This document shows, piece after piece, positions 1 through 13,194 of a stretch of DNA of 64,000 nucleotides; the stretch's first letter is position 1, and each line of letters opens with the position of its first letter. Origin of the DNA: Geosiphon pyriformis uo1 (lineage: Eukaryota > Fungi > Glomeromycota); the NCBI GenBank assembly GCA_016748015.1, contig JAAOMT010000379.1, positions 296,042-360,041 of the forward strand, written 5' to 3'. The notes under the pieces are model-generated. The model ran no database searches and was not told where the DNA came from. It was given only the letters and a program-made list of their open reading frames with translations. The position numbers and the translations under genes were made by a program.

Positions 1-2
1 TT

Positions 3-353
3 TGTGTCTCTGTTCAAAAATATAATATCGATAAACAAACACTGTTTTTATACCTTCAAAATGGCAAAAACATGAAACCAAATAATTCTCCAGTAGAAAA
101 TTGTTTATTGGGATGTTTCTATTCTTGGGGAATTGGAACGGAACATGATTTTAAAAAGGCATATGATTGCTTTAAATCAGCAGCGGATCAAGGGAATCCT
201 ATTGGGAATCGGTTTCTTGGCTATGCTCATATTCATGGTCGAGCTGCGTTGAAAGATGTACATATGGCCATACGGTTTCATAGAAAAGTTTTGAAAAATG
301 GAAAAGATCCTGAGACTGTAGAGTTTTTTAAACGTATATTTGTGCCTCGATAA
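3..353 (+). CDS. Sel1-like (SLR/TPR-type) repeat protein, 3' part only (5'-truncated by window edge)
   Basis: Frame is open from nt 3 to TAA at 351-353. Two Sel1-like repeats: LLGCFYSWGIGTEHDFKKAYDCFKSAADQGN and FLGYAHIHGRAALKDVHMAIRFHRKVLKNG. Confidence 0.8.
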   Translation, partial: CVSVQKYNIDKQTLFLYLQNGKNMKPNNSPVENCLLGCFYSWGIGTEHDFKKAYDCFKSAADQGNPIGNRFLGYAHIHGRAALKDVHMAIRFHRKVLKNGKDPETVEFFKRIFVPR

Positions 354-3067
354 TATAGGATTTCAAACAGGTTTGTTCTAAAAATTTTCTTTGATGGCAA
401 CATTTTTCATACAAATTTTCATCGAAAAACTTTTCAATTGAAATTAGAGCTTTCAAGCAAACCTAAAAAATGTTCACAAAATTTAATGAGAAACACTGAA
501 TGAGCACTTTAAATTCATTATGATATTAAGAACATTTTCAATTTTATTCAAGCCCAATTCTCGGCAACCTTTTAAAAATCTCTTCTGATAAAATCAAAAA
601 GTTTTTTTATCTATGCTCAAGAAAATTTTTCATGATTAATAAGCGCCATCTATATTTTGAATATTTTAAAGCTTCTCAAGCGTTAAAATTTTAATTTTAG
701 CTTGCACTTTGTACTTTTAAAAAATAGGCAATATGAGCTCTTGTATTCAGTATATATCAACAACAAAAAAAGAATGAATTTTTTGAAAATTTCACTCCAC
801 CAAGCTTAAATCAAACTTTTTAAATAGTATAGGGTTTAATTGAGTTAAAACTTGCTAATAAAACTTTAAGCAGAAAGAACTAATTGAAATAAATTGCTAT
901 TTGTGATTTTTAAATATGTTTATTAAAATTCTCAAAATATTAAATCATGTAACCTTTCTTTTCATCGCATTCAGTCACTTCATTATCACCGTCTATTAAA
1001 AATAAACCACTCAATTTTACTCACTTTTTATATTTTCATCAAAAAATGTTGGGTTGGTATAAAAAGAGTATCTTTTGGGGATTAACTGTTGTGAGAAGAT
1101 TATTTTAGAAGTAGTTCTGCTTTTAAACGAGGATACTCATAAAGTAATGCACAAAGAAAAAAATATTGAAATACAAATAAAAGCCTAAAATGCATTTACT
1201 AATTTAATTTTATAAATCCTATTTGATAACTTTTTATTGACCATTTTTAAGTCTTTGCTTTTATGTTTTCCAGATGTATCTTAACTTTACAAGAATTTTC
1301 AGGTTAAATTAAATGCTTTTTTCTCTATATTTTCATAAAATTGTTAACATTAGTCTTTTTAATTCAAAGATTAGTTTTTAAATAATCTCTGCTATTCGAT
1401 TAAATCATCAAGCAAACTTTACGTTATTCAGAAATATTTATTTCCTCAGTAAAACCAGAATTTTTCTTACTTCTTGAAGTCTTAAAAAATGGTAATTTAG
1501 ACTTTTAATAAATTAATAATTTCACTTATTTTTAAAATATTGTTCTTTGGCAAAAGGTTTTTTGCTTTGAGTGTGCTGTACCTCTTTTTAAGTTGTGAGA
1601 TAATATATTATGGACAGGGTCTCAAACTTTCAAACTGGATTTTAGAATTCTAGGGATAGTCGTCTACGAATAATTAGTTTTTAAGAACTTAAGTAAGTCT
1701 TCCAAAAATAATTCTCAGGAATTTATGTATATAAGGTTTTTCTTTTCTGAGAAAATCTAAATAAATCTATTATTAAATTAAAATTTCGTAAAACTAGGAC
1801 ATTTCGTGGCAAATCAAGCTTCAGCTTGCATTCTTTTTCAACAAACAAACTCTTTTATCTGTCTGGTTAAGGAACGTTCATAGAAAAATAAATCTGGTAA
1901 GCTAAAGCCATGGATATAATACCATACCAATTTAACATATACTTCCAAAATTTTCGCTCCTTAACATTATTCAGGGAGTAGGATTTTTTTCTTTGAAACT
2001 GGGCCTTAAGTAATCAGAAAGGAAGGAAATTTCAAAAGAGTAATTTATTTTCTCTTGCACACTTTTCATCCCAACCTCAAAAGTATAAAATCTACTATTA
2101 AATTCAAGAATAATATTGAAAGGAAAAAAGCAATGATCTTTGACATCTTGATAAAACCTCCAAACCAATCAATCTTGTTGACAGTTTAACACCTTCTAAT
2201 CACTCTAAACAAGGTTCTTAAGCATATATATTGAGTGGAAATATATAAAAATGTCAAACCCTCAAATTATTATAATTATGACAAATAATTGAAAAGTGAA
2301 TTAATAATACGTTCTTTTAGAAAGGTGAAAAAATTTATTTTTATGTTAAATCTTAAAGAAATATAATTTAAATTGGCTTTTTTCTTCGATTCTTTAAGCT
2401 TGCCCCCAATCAAAGCAAGTCGTAGGATAGAAGTTGAGCCGATAAACGTATCATACTAGACTAGGGAGGCTACTAAAATTTAGTCCTGTAAAATTTAATC
2501 AAAAGTCTATTCTTTTTGCTCCTCAAAAGAATAAACGATAAATAAAAATAGCTATCTTTCTTCGTCTTAACACTCGCGTCTTCTAATGCTATAGTTGTAA
2601 TATTTCCCTGAAAATAAACCATGACGTTCAAAACAAGAATGATTGATTACCATTTCATAGCATACAAGCATCCCGGGCTTTTCAATCTTGAATTATATTT
2701 TCATTTTGAAATTTCTAGGACGACTGATAATTTGATCTTTTTATTTCTCTTTATTAGGTTTGAAATCTTTCAAAGCTTCCCTTTAGGAAATTCTGATATG
2801 TCGGCTCACCAAAATAAAATTTATATTTTATCAGAAAACCTTAATTTGAGTTGAAACAGTTCTGGTATCGTATTTATATATTGCTAATAATATAGCGGAA
2901 TGAGCAATTAAATATAATTTTAAGAAGTTCTAGAAGATTATTATTTCTGATGTACGAGAATTCCTAGAAAATTTTTAAAACATGCAAGGAAATCGTTCGA
3001 AACTTCAATTAGATAATCTGAATTCACTTTTGTCTGGTCTTTAATTGTTATTTTTTTTCTTTAAAAA

Positions 3068-4716
3068 TTAAGTGCTATTGTCAAGATCGTTGCCTTCGAT
3101 ATATGGTTTGTAGCTACACGTGGAAGAGGACATCATGTGTGTAAAGTAAGGGCCCTTATGAGATACATAATCTACAGCGTCTATGATATTAGAGCATGCC
3201 TACAAAATTTAAACAGTATAAACATATTTTAGGGATATCTGAACAATAAACAATCTTGGATTTCCACCAAAATTTGAAAGTCAAAATAAAAATAAAAACC
3301 TACAACGCTTTCCCCGGTAAAACTACTATCCTCTTTACTAACAGGGCAGTAAAACACCGGTCCGTCCTTACTTGCAATCCAAAATTCTAAACCATGATGA
3401 TGATAATTCATGTTCTGTGGTGGATTATGTGGAATGATGTCATTCGCATAGGTAATTCTAGAGGTTTTGAGAGTTTGATCCACCATATCCGTAAATTTTT
3501 TATCGCCAAACCGAGGTGCACCAAATGTGGTGACTTTGATGTCTGCATTTGGGATTGTTCTTTGAATCAATAATGCTGCCAAGACTGCATAAGCTATGAA
3601 AGTTTTGAGAAAAGGTTAGAAGCACTTAAAAAATCTAAAACCTAGGAGATGTCAAAAATTAGAACCCATACCTGCACCCCAACTGAATCCAGTAAAAATA
3701 ATATTAAATTTTGGGTTTAATTCTATCAGGGATCTAGCTTGAGAAGTGAATTCTCCTTCGACTTTGGTAAATTCTTCGAGTAAAACTTGATGAACTTGTT
3801 GTCCTGTTTCAGGGTCATATTCAACTTGATCAAGTTTGGCGAAAAACACATCCTCACTCTCAAATTTATCACTACTGAATGAGAATATCAATTCAGACAT
3901 ATCCCGATTTATTCCGAAGACCACTGATATAAAACCAAAGATTCGTAAGGTTAAATGTGAAACAAAAGTTTAGAATCTTAAAAAACTTTCTACCCTACCA
4001 ATTATATCAGAATCTTGATACACTGTTTTTGGATCAGTATTACACAATGGAGCCTTAGCATATTTCGCATGTCTGGCAAATGCTTTCAATAAGTTGGGAT
4101 CATCCAATTTTTTTCGAAGAGTAGATTCGGCAAAATAATTTTGTAAAATGAGGAATTGAATATATTGGTTTGAGACGTCATCCGAGTCATCAGCTAGGAG
4201 ATATCCTGGTTTTCCAGAAATTTGGAATTGTGATTCTCTAATATCTGAATTACCAGAATTCGTATCTGGATAAGCGGGTAAAAAAGGTTGTATCGAATTC
4301 GAATTGGAATTAAGAGCCGTCAAGTCAGTTGAAGAGACCGGAAATATTTGGTCATCCAATATCGGACTCGACTTGAGCTTTTCATTTTCATTTTCATTTT
4401 CGATTTCATTTGGCGCCTGATAATCTGATTCAAAATCTGACGCTGATGACCAACTTAAATCACTCTCTCCATCTTCATTTGGGAATTTGTATTGACGCTT
4501 TATAAAATTCTTTGAGATCGATTTCCCGAAATTTTTAACGATTTCAAAGAAATTTTTTTCATCAAGACTATACGTAAACATTCCATTCCACGGTTCATTT
4601 CTTTTTTTGGTCTGTGGGGTAATTGGTGTTGCTTGGACTTTTAAGTCGTTGAAAAAGAAAAAGCAGAAAAAGATGATACAGCAAGATTTTAAGGAAATAG
4701 GTGGTGTAGGCTTCAT
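3068..4716 (-). CDS. Secreted class-3 lipase-like protein, paralog A (~463 aa, 4 exons)
   Basis: Exons 4716-3999, 3923-3672, 3593-3304, 3199-3068 with GT-AG introns and consistent phases. Hydrophobic signal peptide, then a long acidic linker. Motifs: TGFSWGAA (nucleophile elbow), TFGAPRFGD, NDIIPHNPP (Asp), HHGLEFWI, SHKGPYF (His). Confidence 0.9.
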
Positions 4717-7700
4717 ATTTGAGTTTCTGATCAATCAAAAGTATTTAAACCTCCCAGAGGAGTTATTTAGGATTTGGTAAATAGAGAAATGTCTCAAAGC
4801 TAACTTTTAATTCAATTTTGCAATTCGAATTTGAAAGAATCTTTTTGAATTTTCTACGTACATTTGGGACGGCATTAAAAGTGGTTATTAATAATCATAA
4901 TGTCAGCAAAATATTATGAATCTTCACTATCTGTTCGCCATCAACAAAATAAATGGATTGATAAAAAATTCACAAAGTAAATAGACACAAATAATAAATC
5001 TCACGATAAGCTTCTGAGAAGCTTGTTGTTTCATCTCTTAATTGAAGTTAGAAATTTCCGAATAAACAGGAAATTTTGTTTCTGGATTATTAAATAATCG
5101 AATTTTAATAGTGATCAAAATTTTCCCTTATAAATTTACAAAGTGCAAAAAAAGGATTTATAAAAAATGACAATTGTCTAAAAAAAAGCCTAGAAAAAGA
5201 TCACTAATATTTATAATCATAATAGTTGTATCTGGTGACTTCTCACAAGCATTTTCAATTTTTTTTCATGCGCTTTTGAAAAGATTTACAAAAACTATTA
5301 TGAAATAAACCTTAGTCATTTATAAATAACAAATTATTGCTGATAATAATATAGAGTTGATAAATTAAGACTCATTAAAAAGGGTTGAATTTATAATCTG
5401 AACTTTTATATGAAAGAAAATAAAAATTATTTTTTAATATGTTATTTAATTTTATTCATGAATATTTCTCTGTTTTAAAAGATACCAATTGATTAAGTTA
5501 TTATTTTAAAATTTCCCTATTTTTATTCAATAAAAATATTGATTTATAGATTGTCATATTTATAAAATTAAATAAATATTGAATGATAAATAAAACTTAT
5601 TTTCAGCTAAAATATTTTGACTTATTTATCATATATCTGATTATAATTTATGAACTTAAGAAATTTACGAGAATTTTTTATATTGACCATTAATATAATA
5701 CTTACAAACAGCCTTTTTAATATTTATGTCAGAAAGAAATATCAATTGTGAAATGAAATATGAATTATAGTTCAATTGATTGAAAAACATAGTTTACAAA
5801 TTTTCATTGGTTTTAGTTGTACCAAAAGTTTTGAAACTTTTAAAATCCTCAACCAATTAAAATTATTACTAAATTTCCAACAATATTTTTTTTAATTATA
5901 TTTTTTAAAACAATAAAATTAAGAATATATATAATTTTTAGATTAAAAATCAAAATCAAATTTTATTTTATTTTATTATTACAAGATTTAAAATTTCGTT
6001 AAAATTAAATAATCTATAATCAAATTTTTTTCTTTAAATTTTAAAAATAAAAATATTTTCGGTTAAATAAAAAAACTTGGATAAAATTGTATTACTTAAA
6101 TTAATCTTATTATTATGCCTTTATAATATTTTTTTTTAAGAATTTCTTAACTAAAAAAATAAAATTTATATATTTTATAAGTTTTTAAATCAAATTCAAA
6201 AATAAAATTGCTTTTATATATATTGATATTATTGAAATTTAAAGAAAAAATTTTAATGCTTATTACTATCAATTTAGTTTTTTTGCATTTTTATAAATTT
6301 TACAAATTTTTTGATTTTATTGACAATATAATAATTTTTAAAATTTAAAGCATATAAAAATTACTAATTAAAATTTTGTTTTTCATAATATTTTATAGAT
6401 TAATCTAGGTTATAAAGTTATAAATAGGGTTTTTTAAAACTTTCACTTTATTATCTGAGCTTTAGTTGTAATCGACACATTTTTTATGAAAACAAATAAT
6501 ATTTTTAAAATTTTTAAGTTATTTAATCAATTTTTTCACATACTTAATCTATTAAATAACAATACAAAGAGCTTAAAACAATTATTAAAAAGCAATCCAG
6601 GTTTCTCATTCTTTATTTATCAAAAAGAATTTTAATTTATTCGAAAAAAATACTCGAATATTGAAAAGATGCTTCTATTGTTTTTTGATAAATACAAAAT
6701 AGAAAATATCCAAGATTAAAATCGTTTATTCTACAACTAAATTCTATTCATCAGTTAGAATTTAATTTCTTGTGCTTTTTGTTTATAAACATAAAATTTT
6801 ATGTCGATTCATTATTAATTTGGGATCTTTTTAATGAAAATTCTTACAAATATAGTTACTATATTCATTGCTGAAAATTTTTTTTCAAGTTTTCATTATG
6901 AATCTTCTCAAACTCAAATAGTTTATTATTAATATTTGGTTTTAAATTTTGATAAGGTATCCTTCGAAAAATCTCAACGATATGCAAATTATTCGCGATT
7001 GAGAATATGCTCAAGATAGACAAAAATAATGATCTTTTCTGATAGATTTTAATCTTAGCATTTCAAAATTTTGGAGTTAGCATATTATGAATAAAACAGT
7101 GATTCTTTGCATGGTTATTTTGTCATCCTAAACCAAATATAAAAGTTTTTCCCAGGATGTGTAATATTCGGGAAAAATAATTCGAAATTAAATTTTGGGG
7201 ACGAAAACCTCTTAATTAATTAAGTGAAAGCCTATTGTAATTTATTTTCAAAAAAAAAAAATAAAAAAAAAAACCTTCAAAAATTTTCATGTCAGCTATC
7301 ACGCAAAATCGCCCGGTTTTGTATTTTTTTTGTGTTTGGCAACAAAGAAACCTCCGTTTTGTACAGGGACTAAAATTTTTTCAGACAACAATTCAAGGAA
7401 AATTTCTCTTTGTTTTGGTAAAATCTTGTCTTAAAATGAGGCAGGCTGGGCAAAGTTTACCAACGAAAAAAGCTAGATCGCTCTATTGTTGTCGAGAGAC
7501 AAAATGAAGATCTGTTCAATTGTAGTTGATTTTTTAAATTCGGTGTTTGCCTTCTTTGTTGATTCTTTGAAAGTAACGTGGGGCTACAAAAAAAAAAAAA
7601 ATTTTTATCAAAATGGCTAGGTTACTGATTAAAGCAGATAAATACTAACATTAGATGGTTTTTAGCTGAGCGAAACAATTTTTGAATTAAAATCTTTTCA

Positions 7701-8030
7701 TGTGATAAAGAGACTTAATTTTATTTACTATTTCAATCTCGGCTTTTTTTGAAAGAGACACTGAATAAATGCAAATAGATTCTACTTTGTGTTAAACTTA
7801 AAAAAACCAATTCATTTTAAAAATAACTTTTTATTTCTTTTTCATCGTAATTGTTATTGGTAAGTCAAAATCTTTGCTCATTTCAATTTTTTCCTTTAAA
7901 TGTAACTCCAAAAAGTTGCATATAAAAAAGAAATATAACCCAAGATTTAATTGCATTTAAATTATATATTGATATTTCTAATTTCATTTGCAGGATTTCA
8001 TGACAAGTATTATCTAAAAAAGAAACTTAC

Positions 8031-8558
8031 CACTTAATCTATATTCTTTTGAATCTTCCTTGCATCACAATCTTTCAAAGAACAATAGAATTATGAGAAT
8101 AGCTCATAGGGTATGAGAAATTGAAATTTATCTTGATATCCACAATTCATCTTCTTTTAATTAACCAATCATTGTCTGACTAACCAAATCCGGAAAATCA
8201 AAAGTTTCTGTTTCTCTTGTTTCAAACTTGTTAAACTATCATGGCTTTTTCTTAATATGATAATTATGTCATAATGTACACGTTATGCTGATGGCAGCAC
8301 TGATTAAAATGATCCATTTAACATGATTAAATTATCCAATGCAAACCAACATGCTTCTAAGCATCGAATTGGTTCATTCGGAAATAATTTAAATAATATT
8401 TGATATGGAGTATTTGTACCTTTCAATCCTAAATTTACCGGCCCTTATATTCCATAATTCTTTTTTTGCTTGAATATAATTCCACACTTGTGTCCCAGAT
8501 CCCAATCACTAAGTTTCATTGAACATCTATTTATAGTAAGATACCATAATATTCTACC
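8031..8558 (-). pseudogene. Decayed exon of an unidentified protein-coding gene
   Basis: Bounded by TACAG acceptor and GTAAG donor. Protein-like stretches (GTQVWNYIQAKKELWNIR, VNLGLKGTNTPYQILFKLFPNEPIRCLEACWFALDNL, ETFDFPDLVSQTMIG*LKEDELWISR*) are broken by frameshifts and stops. Family not recognised. Confidence 0.4.
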
Positions 8559-9119
8559 CTGTAATAAATAAATACCCACTAATTTATTATAATGAATAAA
8601 TCAGTTGGGCAAGAAATCTCATTAATGAAAGGAAATCTTCCATATGCTCCGAAACCTTAATTATCTATTTGGGGCGATGATAAACAATTGAGCATGTAGG
8701 TAGTGTATGTGCTTTTGTGTTTGTGTTTGAGAAAAGAAAAGCTAAATAATAATAATAATAATAATAATAATACTACTAATAAATTACAACCATGCAGACA
8801 AAAGCAACTTGTTTTATGATTTTGATGATCACGATGATGATGTATTTGAAGCATAAGAACAAACAATTTTGACGATCTAATTTCTTTTTCATAGTATGAC
8901 TTTACTCTTTTTCTTCTTTTCTTGTTGAAAGCTTGTCTTTTTTAAATTTGTTCGTTACGAAAGTATCTTTGATTTTTTCCGTGAAACGCATATCAAATAC
9001 TTTAATCTTTGTATTTTTAATATCAAAAACAACTAAAAAAATTTGAGAAATTTAATTTTTAAAAAAAAGATAAAAAAAAAAGCCAAAGAAACCACCATAC
9101 CTCTCTATAAACGAAAATA

Positions 9120-9883
9120 ATGAATACAAAAGATTGTTTAAAGTTAGCGAATGATGAAGAAAGAATAATTTTGAATGTTAGGGGTGTTAAGGTAACTCTT
9201 TGATTAAAAATTGATTTTTTAATTTGTCCCTTTAATTTAATTTGCATTTTTCTTTCAATTTCTTACAGTACGAAACCGAACGCTCAATATTAACAGCCTA
9301 TCCAGAAACTCTCTTGGGAACAATGTTTCAAAAACGAAACTCCCAACTTTTACAAGCCACAAACTTAAATGAATACTCCATTGATAGAGACGGCATGACA
9401 TTTCATTATATCATGGAATATTACAAAACTGGTCAAATTTCATGGACCGGGCCAGCGAGTCAACCTCCAATTCACCGTCGAAAACTTGACAAAGAATTGG
9501 ATTATTTTCTCTTGCCATCAATAGTTTTGCCGGCAGATTTGACAAAACAATATAAATCCTGTGTCCAAGGGATGAAAAAAATTTGCCGTTCTGCTTTTGA
9601 TAAAAAATCTGGAGAAACATTGGTTAAGGTTACTTTGACACCAACAAGTAGATTTTTTTTGGTCAGGTATTTAAAGAGTGGTAAAAGTGTTCATGTACCT
9701 GTTACCCCAAAAGCTTTGGAAATTTTTGGATTATTTGGTGTAGATATTGAAGATGAAGTTTTAGAAGAGTGGCCAGGATTAATTTGGAAAATTCGTCCTA
9801 TTCAGGGAGGATTAGTGATTTTTTTGAAATTGAAGAAGCCCATGAACCCTAATCTGGAATTAGGGAAGAAATCATGGAATTGA
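9120..9883 (+). CDS. BTB/POZ (KCTD/T1-type tetramerisation) domain protein, paralog A (~228 aa, 2 exons)
   Basis: Exons 9120-9191 and 9269-9883, phase-0 GT-AG intron. Motifs RIILNVRGVK|YETERSILTAYPETLLGTMF, EYSIDRDGMTFHYIMEYYKTG and ELDYFLL are typical of the KCTD BTB domain. Confidence 0.9.
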
Positions 9884-12800
9884 TGATTGGAAAAAGAATT
9901 CAACACCCGGTATATGTTTTCACGTAACATTCTTTTCCATTCAATTACTGCTAGCAAATTTTCTTTACGTTAAGGAACTGCGCTATTACAATTTGTAAAT
10001 AATGTCTTTTTTTGTGATTGCCTTTGTTTTTGGAGCAGATAGGTTTCCAAACCGAAATTAATTAACATAGTGAATTTTCAATTAATTTGAACATTTTTTC
10101 ATCGTTAAGATTGCCGTTTGCGCTAAAAATTTTTAATGAAATCCTGGCGTTTAAACGAGCAAGAAATTTAATGTGACTATAGGCCACATAATTTTTCTTG
10201 GGAGCAGGACGATGCATGATTCATTCCCTTGCTTTGATGCCATTATTCTATTATTAGTTAATACAGAACAAAAAAGATTCTCACTTCAATTAAGAGTTCA
10301 TTCAAAAATATTACTTTAATGAGGCCCTCTCAATTAAAAATCTTAAATAAAATCAATTAAACTGTGTTTGATTGTTTCTTATTTCTGTGATTTTTAATTT
10401 GATTTTTTATTGTAATTTGTAATAACTCCTATGCATAAAGCAATGAAAAATCTTGAAAGTGGAAATTATTTTGGCATTTCCTGTTTGTATAATTATAAAT
10501 CAATTCATTTGGAAAAAGAACTTTGTAAAATCTTAATTTTCTAAATTTTTTGTTTCGCTTAGCATCGAAATGGGTTATTTTTTATCGATAGATTTCAAGA
10601 ACAAAGAAAGGTTGAGACAATGGTTTTTTATTGTTTACTTGAAACTATCTATGAGCAATAGATAATTATAAAAGGGATTCAATGAAAGCTAACTATGAAA
10701 TAATCAATCTTGAATTATATTATTTGTATTGAACTTGGCACCTGAATATTTCATCTAAAGAAAATTTTAATTGATTTAAAATTAAAAGTGAAAATTTATA
10801 TATTGTCAAATTTAATTTAAACCAAATTTTGGGATTTCCTTAGTCTTATTATAGGCTTTTGATGATAACAATCATCAAATTCGATATTTTTTATATTTAA
10901 TCGTTATAAAACAGCCTTTAACAAAATTTTGAAAATGTCTTTTAATAAGTGAAGTTAGAAGATTGGAAATTGAAAAAAATAACCAAGGTTTTTGGACAAT
11001 ATTTTCAACTTATTTAATATGTTAAAGTATTTTAATATCTTTTCGCAAATGTTAGTTCTTTCTTGATTTAATTTGAATATTAAAAACAATATTTATTACT
11101 ATTTTAAAAAAAAATTTAGTTTAAAATTATTATTATTGTTAAAAATACTAACTTTATATTAATCAGACGAATTTGTGAGAAATTGTCAATAAATTAATTT
11201 TGAATTCAAATTTTATGTTACTTATTTATAAAAATTCTTAATGTAATTATGTATATAGAATATTTTAAACTTGATTAGCATATAAATAGATAAATTATTC
11301 ATATTATTGGTTTAACATTACATGTACTTGTTTTGCTTTAAGGATTTCTTTTTTTGGTCTTATTTTCAAATTTTTTTCTTTTCATTACACTTAAAATATT
11401 AATCATGACAAATACTATCAACTATAAAAAATATTATCATTCTTTGTTTCAGAGAAAAAACCATTTTATAAAGCAAAAAGATGATGGTTCTATCTTTTTT
11501 TTTAAGGTTTTCAAAATGACAACAAAAGTAAATTTATAAAAAATTGAAAAAATATATTAATTTTTTGCTACCAGCAAATTTTTAAACATAAAAAATTTTT
11601 ATTGAATAAAAGTATTGCTTTAATTTTAAGACTCAATTATATGTGAAACAATTTTGAAAAGCAAGTCAACTTTAATAATATAACAAACTGTTCAATATTT
11701 CAAAAATAAAGTCTTATATAGATTTAGTTTTTGTATATTTAAAAAAATAATAATACTTATTATTATTGCTTATTATTATATTATGAAAATTTAATTTTTT
11801 TCTTACTTGTAAAAACCAATTAATATTATTTTAAACAAAATGTATTATATATTACACTTCTTTGTTATTAAGATTTAATCTCGTTTATAAAAGTTTAAGA
11901 TCTATTTGGACTGATTAAAAAACACATATGCTTTCCATTTTATTAATAGTTATTCCAACTGCATATTTTAAATGAAAGACACCAACAAATTACATATTAA
12001 GTAGTAATAATATATTAAAAAATTTGTTGTATAAGGTAATATAAGTGCAAATTATTAATATTTGTATTCTTAATTGTAAATAATGTGTTTATTTTTTTCA
12101 CTTTACAAAAAAATTGGGTTTAGAAAAAATAAAGCAGAATTTCATACAAAAAAAATATCAAATAAATTTTATAACTTTAAGATTATTGTTGAAAGTATAT
12201 GGTAAAACAATAAATAAATTTTGGTTGTTTATACATTTTAAAAAATACCAATATTAAAAATGACATTAAATATTTTTTTTAACTGCTATATTTTTCAGAA
12301 TTTTGATTTTAAAAATATTATATGTTTTATTATTATATTAATTTTTATTAAACATCAAATTTTTTAAAAAAAAATCACATTGATAAAAAACAGTAGTAAT
12401 AAGAATTATCAATTTTTTTAAACTTTTTATTGGTCTTTAAAATAAAAAAAATATAGTTTTTATTTATTTTAATTCTAATAATTATATGTTGTTGGCTTAT
12501 TTTTATTGTTGCAATATAGTTTTAAGTCAAAATAATTGTGTGAATAAATGCTGCAGACTTACTTTCTAAATTCAAATATAATAAAAAATTGTTATTTATT
12601 GTTTTTTTAAATAGTTCTCAATGGTAAAAGATCTTTAGCATAGTAATTTATTTTAATAAATATTAATTTCATAAAAACAAGATTAATAAATACTTATTCT
12701 GAATTCAGTAATCTGAAATGAAACTAATGTATTCAAAATTAATTGCTAGACAACTGTGAAGTTATTAATTTTTAGCAAGAGAAAATAAGAAAATTCCTTT

Positions 12801-13016
12801 TTGTGAATTATAGTTTGGTTAAAAAAGATTTTTTTTGATCAATTGCATTATTTTTCAATTATTAAAATCATTATTTTGTTGTAAGATACATTTTTGAAAG
12901 ATGTAAGCTCTTCTTTTAAACAATTTTTCGTAATGCTCTTCTATGTTTTAGCACTTTTTGTTTTGCTATGATACTAGTGAATTTTAGTCATTTTAGTGAA
13001 CTTTTACAAATTTCAA

Positions 13017-13076
13017 CCTGAACTGATTGAACTTTATCTTAACTACCTAAAATTTGCCTGAACTACTTGAATTTTC
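13017..13076 (+). repeat. Degenerate 20-bp x3 tandem repeat
   Basis: CCTGAACTGATTGAACTTTA / TCTTAACTACCTAAAATTTG / CCTGAACTACTTGAATTTTC, with an exact 20-bp period, just upstream of the Fanzor-like relic. Confidence 0.5.
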
Positions 13077-13194
13077 TTAAAAGATCTGCTGGTCTCATTA
13101 AAAAAGTTACTTTTTTAGAGAAACATCAGAAAAAGCAACAGCGATGATAAAAACCTGGTGTAGTGAGAAGATCCAGAGAAAAATGAGCAAATAA

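Noticed and set aside
1400-2170. Minus-strand fragments with a signal-peptide-like start (MSKIIAFFLSILFL)
   Set aside because: Many stops, no coherent splice model and no family motif.
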